Below, in pieces: positions 16,432 to 27,680 of a stretch of DNA of 64,000 nucleotides (positions are counted from its first letter, which is position 1; every line of letters begins with the position of its first letter). The translations under genes and the position numbers were made by a program. The DNA is taken from positions 155,820-219,819 of the IMG/VR virus record IMGVR_UViG_3300018424_000006. One strand, written 5' to 3'. The notes under the pieces are model-generated. The model was not told where the DNA came from. It did no database searches and saw only the letters and a program-made list of their open reading frames with translations.

Positions 16432-17280
16432 TTATTCTTGAACTTCGTCTGGTAGACTTGCAAAGCCGTTGTCGGCTGCTGCAACGTCTGCAGAGATCTC
16501 TTCAATGAAAGTAGGTAAGGCGTCAGGATTCAAACCTAATTTGTTTAGGTTATCCAAGTAGTCCTGTGCCATGGCGCGTACAGAATTACCACGTTCGGTA
16601 ATAGCTGTAAACTCGATGTCGGTCTGAGGAGACTCTAGAGCCTCACCCATAACACGACTACCAGTATTCTCACCACCAGTCTTAGGCATCATGTTGCTAC
16701 ACAACCAAGCGTTTACAACGCCATCTAGAGATGGGTTAGGCTCGATGAATAGAACAGTGAAGCTAACTTGAGATTCCAATAGAGGAAGCTTGTTAGGATC
16801 GTTCTGGTACGCTTCAGTACTAATAATACCTGCACGTCCTAAGTCAGGGTCATGCAATAATGCTTTACCCAACTGTTCCCAGAAACGGTTAACTTGCTTA
16901 CCATAGATCTCAGGCCATGAAAATGCCGGAACACTACGTTCAATTGTGGCATTGGTAACAGTCTCACGCATCTCACCAGAGTTGCCTTCAACAGTCTCAC
17001 CAAATTCCCAAGTGATAGTAGAGTTAAGTCCAGTAATGGAAATCGCACGATCTTCGATTAGGCTCTTAAGAACCGCAACACGCTTTTCGTAGTCATCCAT
17101 ATAACGCATGGCTGGAGGAGCTTCAACTAGAACAGGAATGATACGTTGTTTAACGTAGCGAGCTGAACTTTCGAAGCTGGATGGATCGCGCATCGCGCCT
17201 TGTTGGCCACGCGCAGAAGCATCAATACCCGGAGCATAGCCGCCATTCAGACTTGTTTTTTCGTCTAATAGAACACCCAT
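16432..17280 (-). CDS. Tail tube protein (phiKZ gp30-like)
   Basis: 282 aa immediately downstream of the sheath; AWLCSNMMPKTGGE and FT.I.E.P motifs typical of phiKZ-like tail tubes. Confidence 0.82.
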   Translation of the reverse strand: MGVLLDEKTSLNGGYAPGIDASARGQQGAMRDPSSFESSARYVKQRIIPVLVEAPPAMRYMDDYEKRVAVLKSLIEDRAISITGLNSTITWEFGETVEGNSGEMRETVTNATIERSVPAFSWPEIYGKQVNRFWEQLGKALLHDPDLGRAGIISTEAYQNDPNKLPLLESQVSFTVLFIEPNPSLDGVVNAWLCSNMMPKTGGENTGSRVMGEALESPQTDIEFTAITERGNSVRAMAQDYLDNLNKLGLNPDALPTFIEEISADVAAADNGFASLPDEVQE

Positions 17281-17291
17281 TGTTTAATCTC

Positions 17292-19349
17292 CTATGCTTC
17301 TAAGTCAGCACGACGCTTAGCGATAACGTTAAACGTACCTACAGTCTTCATTGGGTCACCGTAAACAGCAACGTCCATAGTCCAGCTATAGCCGCGTGCA
17401 TCATCAGCAGTGGTGAAGTAAGTTGTAGGAACGATAGTAACGCGGTCATCGTAACGACCTTCTACTAAGTCATTCATTAACTGGTTAGATTTCTCAATGA
17501 ACTGAGCTTTAGTCAAACGAGTTTGACCACTTAGTTCACGCCATACCACGTCACAAAGTTTTGTAACGTCGACCATGATGGTCATTAGCATCTCTGAGTT
17601 CAGGATACTAGTGTCATCTTTGTACACTGTCTGGAATGCAGGATAGAAAAGAGTCTGACGGTCATTATACTGAACGTAGTTAAGACCCGCTTCCCAATCC
17701 GCTTCACGGATAGACAGTTTCTTGTAGGTACAGTTAACGTCAGAGAAACCAGCAACACGGTTAAGTGGAGCTTCATCGTAACGCTTGTTAGGACGCATCT
17801 TACCATCGCCAGAGCCAGCATATTCTGCACGCTTCATTGCTAGGTCGTGTACAAAGCTAACCAAACCTTTATAAGGAGAGTTAGGTTGATAACCAGCATG
17901 GCCAACGATAACAGCACGACAAACAGAAGTACCGTACAATTGAGATTCTGGGAAAAGACCAATCTTGGCGTTAAGAACACCAGTGATTGAACTTTCTTCA
18001 GCGATAGTATTTTGAACGCCGCCGTTAGTCACTAAGTCGTGAGTAGAGAAGGCAACGTGAACGTCAGGACGATAGCCCATGGCTAACATCAAAGCGTCTT
18101 TAACCGCTGATGGGAAACCGGTATCGTACATCGCAGAGAAAGGATAACGAGCTACGTCTTTAAGCGCGTAGTCTGGGTTTTCCCAGTTGTAGTTCATCTC
18201 GTCGATAATACGGTTACCCAGTTCTTCAACACTTACTGTACCGTCGTTGCCGCCTGTAGCAAAATGAGTAGTGATCTCATCAAGGCTGATACTATCAGCA
18301 CTATAAATGAAGCTCTCGTACTCAACGCCAGACATGTCCTTACCAGTCAAGAAGTTGATAAGGTGGGCATCAGCAAAAGTGTTAGAAGAAATTAATTCTT
18401 CTTGGGTTTTCAATAGACCAAGAACTGTTGCGATGTTATCTGAATAAACATGCATGTCTTGGAATGGGCCATACGTTGGAACACGGCCAGAAGTAGGATC
18501 GTTATCTTCGTACGCTTTCACGATACGGTCAGAACCTAAATCTAAGTTGGTAGCGCGATCGAAAACACCTTCTTTAAAGGCGAAGTCAATGTAGCGTTCA
18601 GAATTAATAGTTTCTTGAACTACCGCAGTGCCAGTTTCGCTTAGCTCAACTAACTGAGCGCGATATAGCATTGCATTCTGATCCAGAACGATTCCGGCAT
18701 CAGCAGGATCGTTAGTACCATCAACAGGAGCACTTAGACGAATGCCCATGTTGTTGCCATAGTCACCAATATAGGTTTCTAAACCTAAGATTGGATAGAT
18801 AGTCGAAGTCTCACCAGTCTTACCGGTAAGAGTACCACCAACCTGAGTTGCTACTGTTTTAATGTCAGTTGCATCATCAACAGGCAATAAGCTCCAGCGT
18901 AACTTGTAACCTTCAACTACGTTTGAGCCGTCTTGTTGCTTCTCACCGCTACCGGCATCTACAAGAACTTTACCGTCAGCACCACGAAGGTAGACTGGAA
19001 CAGCATCGTCAAGTACGATTTCTAGAGCAAGAACAAAACGAGCAGACTTAGCATCAGCAGCTACTACACGCTTAATGAAACACTGGTTACCCGCACCAAT
19101 TATAGATTGGGCTAGATAAGTGTGGTGGTTATAGAACTTACCACGAACATCAAAGGTTTTAGAACCGAAGATTTTTTGTAGGGGAGCACCTACAACCATC
19201 TGAGGATCTAAAGGACCACGTTCAGTTTGCAAATAAAAGAACGGTAGATGTTGGGGTAACTGTTCAACTTCGGATTGTAGAGTTCCGCCTGACTCGTCCT
19301 TAATGCCGGGACGAATAGAACGCGGAGCGGCATTTTTAATCGACGCCAT
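17292..19349 (-). CDS. Contractile tail sheath protein (phiKZ gp29-like)
   Basis: 685 aa; NAAP...GIKD, PQHLP.F....ERGP, YDTGF and DARGYSW motifs. Confidence 0.9.
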   Translation of the reverse strand: MASIKNAAPRSIRPGIKDESGGTLQSEVEQLPQHLPFFYLQTERGPLDPQMVVGAPLQKIFGSKTFDVRGKFYNHHTYLAQSIIGAGNQCFIKRVVAADAKSARFVLALEIVLDDAVPVYLRGADGKVLVDAGSGEKQQDGSNVVEGYKLRWSLLPVDDATDIKTVATQVGGTLTGKTGETSTIYPILGLETYIGDYGNNMGIRLSAPVDGTNDPADAGIVLDQNAMLYRAQLVELSETGTAVVQETINSERYIDFAFKEGVFDRATNLDLGSDRIVKAYEDNDPTSGRVPTYGPFQDMHVYSDNIATVLGLLKTQEELISSNTFADAHLINFLTGKDMSGVEYESFIYSADSISLDEITTHFATGGNDGTVSVEELGNRIIDEMNYNWENPDYALKDVARYPFSAMYDTGFPSAVKDALMLAMGYRPDVHVAFSTHDLVTNGGVQNTIAEESSITGVLNAKIGLFPESQLYGTSVCRAVIVGHAGYQPNSPYKGLVSFVHDLAMKRAEYAGSGDGKMRPNKRYDEAPLNRVAGFSDVNCTYKKLSIREADWEAGLNYVQYNDRQTLFYPAFQTVYKDDTSILNSEMLMTIMVDVTKLCDVVWRELSGQTRLTKAQFIEKSNQLMNDLVEGRYDDRVTIVPTTYFTTADDARGYSWTMDVAVYGDPMKTVGTFNVIAKRRADLEA

Positions 19350-19536
19350 TTTTTACTCCTAAAGTTTCGTTGTTAACAAACAAATTTGACTACAGAAAAA
19401 GTCACCTAATAAAGGGTAATAGATTCCGTAATCTTGTGGGCGCTAGCATCACACATTATTATGTATTAAAGTGTGCATAAATAGTGCTAACTTTTATTTT
19501 TTTACTTGCAATGTAACTTAACTAATTGAGGGAACC

Positions 19537-20445
19537 ATGAACATTTATGAAACCTATTATGGCAAAAACCTTCGCGCACTTGCCGGTGAAGTAACAAAGC
19601 AGCTTAAAACTTACATTGCGATGAACGATGAAAATCTAAAACAGTCAGAAGTAGGCAATGTTTACTATCTTTCTATTGAAGACGAAAACGTCATTCAATG
19701 GAATTTCCCAATCGTTATTGATGGGAAGGCTTATGTAGATCTTCGTCCCTATCTAACTAAACAAGGTACGGTTCGTAATCCTCAAGATGTCTCAGCTGCT
19801 ATTCGTCGTGCCCAACTAGAACTTCTATGGTTAGAAGATCGAGACGACTTCGAAAACATTATGATTGGTACCGCAACAATCTTCGGTACTTGGATAGCTT
19901 CTTTATTGGCGTTTAGTCACAGCCTTTCTGGTCGTGATAAAGTAGTTATTGAAATAGCATTAACTGCTTACTATGCTGTTCTGTTTATGGACGAAGAAAA
20001 GCTAGACGATCGTGATGTCGAAAAGATCTTTGTACAGTTAGCTCGTAGTTCTAATGTTGGACGTCAAATCTTAGATGACGTTTTTGAAACAAAAGGTAGT
20101 GGTAGCTATACTTTAACCGAGGCTTTATTGGATAGAAGTATTGAACCTCTTGGTCCTGTACTGAACTGGATCAATAATGTAATCGATGTAGAAATTGAAG
20201 GTCTTTCTCCTAAGCTACTTTTCAATAAAGTAGTGAATGGTAGCTGGGTAGGTGCATTAGCGCCTGAACTAGCCTCTGCTTCATTGTACCATCCACCAAT
20301 CTTTATTAGCTTACTAGATCGTGCTATGACATATAGCTTCTTTGAGCGTACTGCTATTGGCCGTTCGGTTAAGAACAATAGTCGTAATCGCGCTGTACGT
20401 AATCTAGAGCCTTGGTTAAAACGGGCTCTTGAATATCAGGAGTAA
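19537..20445 (+). CDS. Virion structural protein (phiKZ gp28-like)
   Basis: 302 aa, first gene of the operon divergent from the sheath; synteny with phiKZ gp28-gp25. Confidence 0.7.
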   Translation: MNIYETYYGKNLRALAGEVTKQLKTYIAMNDENLKQSEVGNVYYLSIEDENVIQWNFPIVIDGKAYVDLRPYLTKQGTVRNPQDVSAAIRRAQLELLWLEDRDDFENIMIGTATIFGTWIASLLAFSHSLSGRDKVVIEIALTAYYAVLFMDEEKLDDRDVEKIFVQLARSSNVGRQILDDVFETKGSGSYTLTEALLDRSIEPLGPVLNWINNVIDVEIEGLSPKLLFNKVVNGSWVGALAPELASASLYHPPIFISLLDRAMTYSFFERTAIGRSVKNNSRNRAVRNLEPWLKRALEYQE

Positions 20446-20448
20446 CCA

Positions 20449-22968
20449 ATGTTAGATCAACTTGTCGATCGTGCAGTCCAAGAAGTTTGGGCTGCACCGG
20501 ATATCGATAGACAGTTCCTTATTGAACCTGTAGCACTTTCTGATAAGAATGGTGATATAGGTAAAGTCTATCTTCCGTATGAACAAATCATCTTGCCCGA
20601 CAACAGTGAACGCTTCATGGTCTATCAAGTAGGTCAATGGGCTCCTGACAGATTGGGTATTGATGACCGTCTTTGGAACTGGGTTAAATTAAGCGACCTA
20701 AGTAATGACGATGGTCTACTAGTGCAGTTTATGATTAATCATAAGTTGTTACCTCTCCATGAAGGCTATATCCGCAGAACTAAGAATCGTGCTTTAATCT
20801 TTGCTTTCCCATTAAGGGTAGCCGAAGAAGATATTAAGGCAGTCTATAGCCCCATGGTTCGTGTCTATACAAACCACTGGTATAGTACCCCTGAAGGAAC
20901 TGCGGACCCACGTCCTTCATATATGGGTTCTACTTACAGCCAGCTTACTGGCGACCCTGCGTTCTTTACGCACTGGGCAGGCATTAAAACTAATCCTGGT
21001 TCTTTCCTATATAAGAATGGTATTCTCGTAAATGATCTTACTCCGTCTGAAATAGTGACTGGAGATAAATTATCGTTATACGAAGACCATTCTGTTGAAG
21101 GTTATTTTGATATAGCTTTGGATGACTTACTCTTCTATACCTCTGATGTAGATTCTAAGAATAGATACATCATTCAAGTACCAGAAGAACTAACCAGTAA
21201 CCTCCATTACATAGATGACCTTGAAGTTTATATAATGGGTCATATCGAACAGAATGGGATTACTCGAGATGCAGGTATCTACGTTCCTCGTATTACGAAG
21301 GGAACGATTAAGATGCTTACTCACTGTGACTTCGCCCTAGAAGTTAACTATGTGACTAATGCGATTAACCAGAACGATCATTTAATTGATTTTGCTAACA
21401 CCCGCATTCGAGTTTATTACCGTAAGAATAATAAACTTCGTCCAGATGTTGCTAACTCTTCGTTCCTACGTCAGTTCTACCAGCTTCCTAAAACTACTCG
21501 TCTTCTCTTGATGACAGGTACTAACTCTAACGTTGCTGTATGGCAAGCTAAGAATCTAGAGCAAGGGGCCTTTACGACATTTATGTCCATGACTCCTCTT
21601 GAGTTAACTAATGCCTTACAGATTCCTGCTGCAGGTATTAATGACGTTTATAACTATTTCGGTTTAATGGAAATCTTTGAGACTTCCACTATTTCGAACG
21701 GTAAGATCCAGTGGTGTAGAGCAGATAAAGAGAATGGTTGCTTAATCAAGTCTTTTGATGCCGATGGGAATATGATTGATTATCGATTTGTTGACGATAT
21801 CTATACGTCAATGGAGAGAGACATCTTCCCGGGTACGACCTACATTGAAACTATCCCGGGTAAACAGACTTCAACTGCCGAGATAAATGGCTATGATGAA
21901 ACAAATGACTTTGTTGGTAAATATAACGAGGTTCGTTATTTGCTAAAAGAGTCCGGGGAAGTTAAAGCCGTCTTAGATAATGACTTTACAGTCAATAGCA
22001 TAACTGGGAAGGTTACATGGGACGGGAAGAACGCAGGTATCCCCAAGCGTCTTATTCGTTCTACCGATATTATCATGAGTGAGTATACTCTAGCCGCTAC
22101 CGACGTAACAGAGTCTTTGCCTCTGTTAGGTCCTGAAACTCCATTAACGTTTACTCCGGGTATTCCGGGAGTAGAAGTTTATATTGATGGTAAGCGTGCT
22201 AACTTAGGTCTGGACTATATTCTGGAATATCCTAACTTCAGAATCTTTAAGCAGATTACTCATGACAATCCAATTGATGTTAAGGTTATCCTTCACGGCA
22301 TTCCTTTAGTCGATGATAAGATCTACCCTGCTCCTAAAACAGGCTGGATTTTAGATGGTGAGATTAGTCGCAACAATGTCTTTGAGTTTTACAAGGATAC
22401 CTACTCTGAGATCTATATCGATGGTAGATATGTTTCACAAGACCAAATCAAGCTCGCTGAAACTGGTTTAGGTTCAATGCCTAACTGGGTGACGAACGGC
22501 ATGCCTTACGCAATCTATCCTCGCGTACAGCACATCCCTACAGACTTTGTAGATAGTGTTACTGCCGGACGATTCTGGGCATACGAGACGCTCGATAATG
22601 CAGCAGGTGCTGTTGATAACATTCTTACTCAGGGTGCAGATCAGATACCTAGTGTGATCATTGGACAGTATGAATTAGTCAGTCCACTTCTTAAAAAGGT
22701 TATTGACGAGATTCGTAATGGTTCTATTCAGATTGATTCTAATCTTTCGGATGCTGCAGTAGGTGTTAAGATAACGCCATACTCTAACCTAGTTGAAATT
22801 GATCCTGCTTCTGTACGGACAGATATCGAATATTTAGATTTTGTCCCTCATAGTGAGACAACCCCAATATCAGTAACTCTTTTGGAATACAATTTCCTAG
22901 AGAGAGTTAACGCAATTTATCTGAATAATAATTGCACCCTTTCATCGTACATACTTATAGGTTCTTAA
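20449..22968 (+). CDS. Virion structural/baseplate protein (phiKZ gp27-like)
   Basis: 839 aa; VW.AP..DRQF N-terminus and ELVSPLL C-terminus; synteny. Confidence 0.75.
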   Translation: MLDQLVDRAVQEVWAAPDIDRQFLIEPVALSDKNGDIGKVYLPYEQIILPDNSERFMVYQVGQWAPDRLGIDDRLWNWVKLSDLSNDDGLLVQFMINHKLLPLHEGYIRRTKNRALIFAFPLRVAEEDIKAVYSPMVRVYTNHWYSTPEGTADPRPSYMGSTYSQLTGDPAFFTHWAGIKTNPGSFLYKNGILVNDLTPSEIVTGDKLSLYEDHSVEGYFDIALDDLLFYTSDVDSKNRYIIQVPEELTSNLHYIDDLEVYIMGHIEQNGITRDAGIYVPRITKGTIKMLTHCDFALEVNYVTNAINQNDHLIDFANTRIRVYYRKNNKLRPDVANSSFLRQFYQLPKTTRLLLMTGTNSNVAVWQAKNLEQGAFTTFMSMTPLELTNALQIPAAGINDVYNYFGLMEIFETSTISNGKIQWCRADKENGCLIKSFDADGNMIDYRFVDDIYTSMERDIFPGTTYIETIPGKQTSTAEINGYDETNDFVGKYNEVRYLLKESGEVKAVLDNDFTVNSITGKVTWDGKNAGIPKRLIRSTDIIMSEYTLAATDVTESLPLLGPETPLTFTPGIPGVEVYIDGKRANLGLDYILEYPNFRIFKQITHDNPIDVKVILHGIPLVDDKIYPAPKTGWILDGEISRNNVFEFYKDTYSEIYIDGRYVSQDQIKLAETGLGSMPNWVTNGMPYAIYPRVQHIPTDFVDSVTAGRFWAYETLDNAAGAVDNILTQGADQIPSVIIGQYELVSPLLKKVIDEIRNGSIQIDSNLSDAAVGVKITPYSNLVEIDPASVRTDIEYLDFVPHSETTPISVTLLEYNFLERVNAIYLNNNCTLSSYILIGS

Positions 22969-22969
22969 A

Positions 22970-24625
22970 ATGCCCATAGTTCAACATGACGGTAAAAAGT
23001 CAACTGTTATAAATATGGATGAGTTGTACCAAGGAGTCGATCCTGCCGAAGGTGAAACTCTCCATATTCCTGCTATAGGAGATCTGGTTGTTGATTTCAA
23101 TCGTGGTTTCTTTAAGGTAGACGCGGTTGACCCAATTACCAAAATCCCGACCCTATCTCCATGGAAACCTGAGACATTAGGCGACTCTGGAAATAGTGAT
23201 GACATTAACGCGGGTCTAACTCGCAACTTTACTTCTGGCGCTAACCGCGCCTTTGTAAATTACAATGTTTCTCCACCGACAATCAACATCGATCGTCGAG
23301 TACTTATTATGGATGCGGCAGCTACGACTGTTAAAATCTTTAAAGGTACTGATACTAGTTCCGCTACCGGGACGGTCATTAGTCGTGTATATGACAATAA
23401 CCAAAACTTCATTAGCGAGAACGTAGAACTTGAACGCGTCTTCCCTGAGAACGACGTTATCAAATATGTTCCAGAGACTCACATTGATACCGGCCTTAAT
23501 CAGGGCGAAATTGTTACTGTAGTTGCTTACTCCGCAAATAGCGGCGTAGTACATGAAGAACATTTCACGACTCGACTAACGGACGCCATTGGTACTCCAG
23601 ATCTTAATAATAAGTATCTGGTTGGTATCAGTCTGGTATCTGACTTAGTGTCTGCTGAAGATCCCGAGATGATCCTGAATGACCTTAACGTTCCTTTCAA
23701 TACTACATTAATGCAATGTCGTTTACATTATAACGACGGCTCCCATGTAGACATCGGTATCGATGGTATGAAAGCTAAGTTAATGGGTATTGATAATTTC
23801 AATGAATCTACTCTAGGTCCTGCCAATGATATTCTATTGGTATACTACCCTTCTGCAGATGAACCAGCGATAAATGTAGTTGATGGCGAGAATCCTGTTC
23901 TCACTAAGAGCTATAAGCTTTCTAATCAGCGTGGTGAGGCGACCTTCGGATTCAAGTTATATGTCATTCCGAAATATCAAGATATTAGTCTTGGCTATAC
24001 TTTAGAATATCGTCTAACTAACTTTGACTACGACATCGATGTGGACGTTACCGCAAATGTAACAACTACTCTTCGTTCAGACGGTTCTGCATGGTCTCCG
24101 ACTAACTACGGTAATCGTCAAGAGCTGTTGGCAGTACTTCGCTTAGAAGATGTAATGCCGGGCATCTATGATGGCTGGATTCATACTCAGAACTTTAATA
24201 TCACTCTTGACGTTCCTACTGACGGCGCTGGTAATAGCTGGGTTATTGATTACGCGGCTGATAACTCTCGTCTATTGGGTTACGATGTGGATATCGAAGC
24301 ATCTAATATTAATAGTCGTGTGTTGATTCAGAACGGACACGTTAATCAAGCTGACTGGCTTGATAAGCTTTACTATGAAGCTGTGCCGTTGTTCGACCAA
24401 GATCTTATTTCCGCTCCTCCTCGTCCGACACATTTCCGATTCACCTATGGCGAACCGGCAATCTCTAAAGTGTTTGGCATTGACGAATGGGATAAGTATC
24501 TTTCTCGCGATACTGCTGATCCGTATACTGCACATGAAACAGCCACAATTACGTGGTTATTGGAAGATGGACCAAGTACCTTTACTTTGGGTCATACTCC
24601 ACTACTAGTTCGTATTGTAGACTAA
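22970..24625 (+). CDS. Virion structural/baseplate protein (phiKZ gp26-like)
   Basis: 551 aa; IP.IGDLVVD N-terminus and P.PTHF motif; directly upstream of the terminase. Confidence 0.75.
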   Translation: MPIVQHDGKKSTVINMDELYQGVDPAEGETLHIPAIGDLVVDFNRGFFKVDAVDPITKIPTLSPWKPETLGDSGNSDDINAGLTRNFTSGANRAFVNYNVSPPTINIDRRVLIMDAAATTVKIFKGTDTSSATGTVISRVYDNNQNFISENVELERVFPENDVIKYVPETHIDTGLNQGEIVTVVAYSANSGVVHEEHFTTRLTDAIGTPDLNNKYLVGISLVSDLVSAEDPEMILNDLNVPFNTTLMQCRLHYNDGSHVDIGIDGMKAKLMGIDNFNESTLGPANDILLVYYPSADEPAINVVDGENPVLTKSYKLSNQRGEATFGFKLYVIPKYQDISLGYTLEYRLTNFDYDIDVDVTANVTTTLRSDGSAWSPTNYGNRQELLAVLRLEDVMPGIYDGWIHTQNFNITLDVPTDGAGNSWVIDYAADNSRLLGYDVDIEASNINSRVLIQNGHVNQADWLDKLYYEAVPLFDQDLISAPPRPTHFRFTYGEPAISKVFGIDEWDKYLSRDTADPYTAHETATITWLLEDGPSTFTLGHTPLLVRIVD

Positions 24626-24629
24626 TAAT

Positions 24630-24657
24630 GAATGCTAGGTCTTCGGGCCTAGCATTC
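24630..24657 (+). terminator. UUCG hairpin between the gp26-like gene and the terminase
   Basis: GAATGCTAGGTC-ttcg-GGCCTAGCATTC 12-bp stem with a weak U-tract. Confidence 0.55.
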
Positions 24658-24679
24658 TTATCTTACCCGGGAGTCTATT

Positions 24680-26830
24680 GTGATTTTATTTAGAAAAGAT
24701 TGGGCCAAATATCCCGGCGCAATCATACATGCTAATACTAAGAATAAATCATTCTTACGCTATAGCTATATCTTAAGGGAAATGGGAATAAAGAATAACT
24801 TCTTTCATCTAGCTTTATTGCAACCAGAGTTAGCTAACGTTGATCCCTTTGATCCTGACTTAGATAATGAAACTAAGTTCAAAATTATCCGAGAATGTAA
24901 ATACAACATTTGGTACTTCTTAAGAGAAGTTGCACGATTCCCTCCAAAGGGCGGTAACGAAGCAATACCATATGCAGCCAACCGCGGTAACATGGCCCTT
25001 ACTTGGTCATTCATGAACCATATCGACTTTGCGCTTATCATGATCCGTCAGGCTGGTAAGTCGGGTTCAACTGACCAAATACATTCTTATATAACCCATG
25101 TAGCTGGGGAAGGTAATGCTACACAGATTCTAACTAAGGATAACAAACTTAGAAAGGCAAACATCGAACGTATTAAAGCGATTCGAGATCAATTGCCTAG
25201 TTATTTGCATACATGGACTCGTGACGATGCCGACAATACCGTTGAGGTCACCTGTAAGGCCCTAGGGAACGAGATTCAGACTGGAGTGGCCCAGAAGTCG
25301 GAAGACGGTGCAGATAATCTTGGAAGGGGTCTGACGGCGCAGGTGCAGCATATAGACGAAGCGCCATACATTGCAAACATCCATATCTCTCTTCCGGTAG
25401 CACTTGCATCCGGTACAGCAGCACGTGACCTTGCTAAAGCAGCAGGTGGTTTCTATGGAAACATCTTCACTACAACGGCTGGTAAGAAAGATACAAAAGA
25501 GGGTCGTTATATTTATGATCTAATTCATGAAGGCATGTATTGGAATGAAGCAATCTTAGATTGTGCTGATATTAATGAAGCTATTGAAATGATTGATAAG
25601 AACTCAGTGGGAGATTCTATCATTATCAATGGTACATTCAGTCATTCTCAGATTGGTAAGTCAGATGAATGGTTACGTAAGGCAATCCTTAATACGAAAG
25701 CCACTGAAGATATCGCTGACCGAGACTTCTTCAATGTATGGACTTCCGGTTCTGAAAGTTCTCCTCTATCTCAGAAACTAAGTACGGTAATTCGTGCTTC
25801 TGAAACTAGCCCTATTTATACCAACATTACTCCAGAGAAATATCAGATACGTTGGCAGATCCCTAGAGAAGATATCTTTAGACGAATGCAGAATGGACAA
25901 TTCGTAATGGGTCTCGATACGTCGAATGCGGTAGGTCGAGATGGTAACGGTATAGTACTTATAGATGTGAAGACTCTAGAAGTAGTTATGCTTGCCAGAA
26001 TAAGTGAAGCGAATATTCTTAAGTTTGCTAAGTGGATTTCTAGCTTTATGGTTATGTTCCCGTCAGTTACTTTGGTTCCAGAGAACAAGTCTTCGGGTCA
26101 GTCTATTATGGATATTATATCCACAGACTTAATGGCCGCTGGATACCATCCATTTAAACGAATCTTTAATAGATTGGTAGGCGGTAGCGAAGGGAAAGCT
26201 GAGAGAGGCTGGTTGGAGATTAAGAAGAACTTACCTTGTACTGAAGAGTTCTATGTTTCCTATAAAGGTTACTTAGGGTTTATGACCACAGGTAATACTC
26301 GTGCTCAACTATATGACTCTGTATTTCAACAAGCTGCTGGTTCTGCGGGCCACTTAGTTAAAGATAAGATTTTGATTGACGAGATCTTAGCTCTTGTAAC
26401 TAAGAATGGACGTGTTGATCACCCTTCCGATGGACACGATGATACGACTATTGCGTGGCTATTAGGTAACTGGTTCTTACGTCAAGCATCACACCTTGAT
26501 AACTATGGGCTATCTAGATTGAATGTATTGGCTGAAGTATCCGATGAAGGTGCAACAGTTGATCCAGAAGAACTAGAACGTGTACGTGAACGAAACCTTG
26601 TTCGTAAAGAAATAGAAGAATTGAAACTTGCTCTTGAAGGCACTAATGACATTATTGCCAAGACTAAGATTGAAGCTCGTCTATCTATCTTAACAAACAA
26701 ATCTCAAGTAGACGGCGGTGAACCTGTAAGCCTAGATGCTGTATTAGGTGAAGCTCGTGAGAAGAAGAAGTCTAAGACTACTATTCTTGAGAAGATGAAG
26801 CGTATACAGCAATACCGTAATGCGACATAG
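24680..26830 (+). CDS. terL: Terminase large subunit
   Basis: Walker A RQAGKS, Walker B HIDE, nuclease GLDTSNAVGRD and HDDTTIAWL; 716 aa, GTG start with GGGAG RBS. Confidence 0.92.
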   Translation: MILFRKDWAKYPGAIIHANTKNKSFLRYSYILREMGIKNNFFHLALLQPELANVDPFDPDLDNETKFKIIRECKYNIWYFLREVARFPPKGGNEAIPYAANRGNMALTWSFMNHIDFALIMIRQAGKSGSTDQIHSYITHVAGEGNATQILTKDNKLRKANIERIKAIRDQLPSYLHTWTRDDADNTVEVTCKALGNEIQTGVAQKSEDGADNLGRGLTAQVQHIDEAPYIANIHISLPVALASGTAARDLAKAAGGFYGNIFTTTAGKKDTKEGRYIYDLIHEGMYWNEAILDCADINEAIEMIDKNSVGDSIIINGTFSHSQIGKSDEWLRKAILNTKATEDIADRDFFNVWTSGSESSPLSQKLSTVIRASETSPIYTNITPEKYQIRWQIPREDIFRRMQNGQFVMGLDTSNAVGRDGNGIVLIDVKTLEVVMLARISEANILKFAKWISSFMVMFPSVTLVPENKSSGQSIMDIISTDLMAAGYHPFKRIFNRLVGGSEGKAERGWLEIKKNLPCTEEFYVSYKGYLGFMTTGNTRAQLYDSVFQQAAGSAGHLVKDKILIDEILALVTKNGRVDHPSDGHDDTTIAWLLGNWFLRQASHLDNYGLSRLNVLAEVSDEGATVDPEELERVRERNLVRKEIEELKLALEGTNDIIAKTKIEARLSILTNKSQVDGGEPVSLDAVLGEAREKKKSKTTILEKMKRIQQYRNAT

Positions 26831-26834
26831 TAAG

Positions 26835-26864
26835 CTACTCCTCCAGCCTGGGCTGGAGGAGTAG
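26835..26864. terminator. Bidirectional terminator
   Basis: CTACTCCTCCAGCC-tg-GGCTGGAGGAGTAG stem between convergent genes. Confidence 0.85.
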
Positions 26865-26867
26865 TCT

Positions 26868-27680
26868 TTATGCAAATCCAAAATCAGCAGCAGTCTTTTC
26901 GCCAATACCTATATCTTTAAGTAATGGATTCAGCTCACTAATCAAATCTTTATGGAAAGTTAAAATCGAATTAGAGCTATTGAAAGTTAATTGATCATTA
27001 GTCTTATTAGCAATAAAGATAACAGGACGAATTTCGCCTAACTCAGTTCTAACGAAGTCATCCCACCCAGGAGCATTAAGGATTTCAGGAACCTTACAAA
27101 TATACTCCATAAACTTTAAATAATTAGGGTGACTACTATTCTTATTATAATAGTTCTTAAAGTCATTCAGATAAGCGCCAAATGTTGGATCATTCATTAA
27201 GTTGGATTTAACTACAAAATTAACACTGGAAGTATTCATCTTGTCATAACCACCTAAGGCAGCGACGATTTGCGGAATGTCTGACGGGAATACTGAGATC
27301 AAAGCAAGCATAAGTAAGTTACGGTTAGTATCTTCCATACCACTTGTATCAGTATGAGCTACATCCCCCGCTTCAAATAGCTGGACTTTAGTATCTCTTC
27401 CAGATCCTAAACTCTCCCATTTAGCTCGTATAGCAGGCCCATCTAAACGAGCTGGATTTAGAGCAGTCATAGAAATGAATGCTTCATATGCATCCACAAT
27501 CATAACTGCATACTTATGAAAGATACATTCTTCTACTACTGGAGTAGGCTGTACTTTGTTATATGCAGGATAGTCTCCGGTTGCAGGGACTTCTACCGTA
27601 GGATAGTCGGTATACTCCCTGTAGTGTGGAGGACGTCGAAACATCCCCTCTAAATACTTAAGCGCTTCTGGCTGTTCCAT
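26868..27680 (-). CDS. Hypothetical protein
   Basis: 270 aa ORF overlapping the exonuclease stop. Confidence 0.7.
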   Translation of the reverse strand: MEQPEALKYLEGMFRRPPHYREYTDYPTVEVPATGDYPAYNKVQPTPVVEECIFHKYAVMIVDAYEAFISMTALNPARLDGPAIRAKWESLGSGRDTKVQLFEAGDVAHTDTSGMEDTNRNLLMLALISVFPSDIPQIVAALGGYDKMNTSSVNFVVKSNLMNDPTFGAYLNDFKNYYNKNSSHPNYLKFMEYICKVPEILNAPGWDDFVRTELGEIRPVIFIANKTNDQLTFNSSNSILTFHKDLISELNPLLKDIGIGEKTAADFGFA

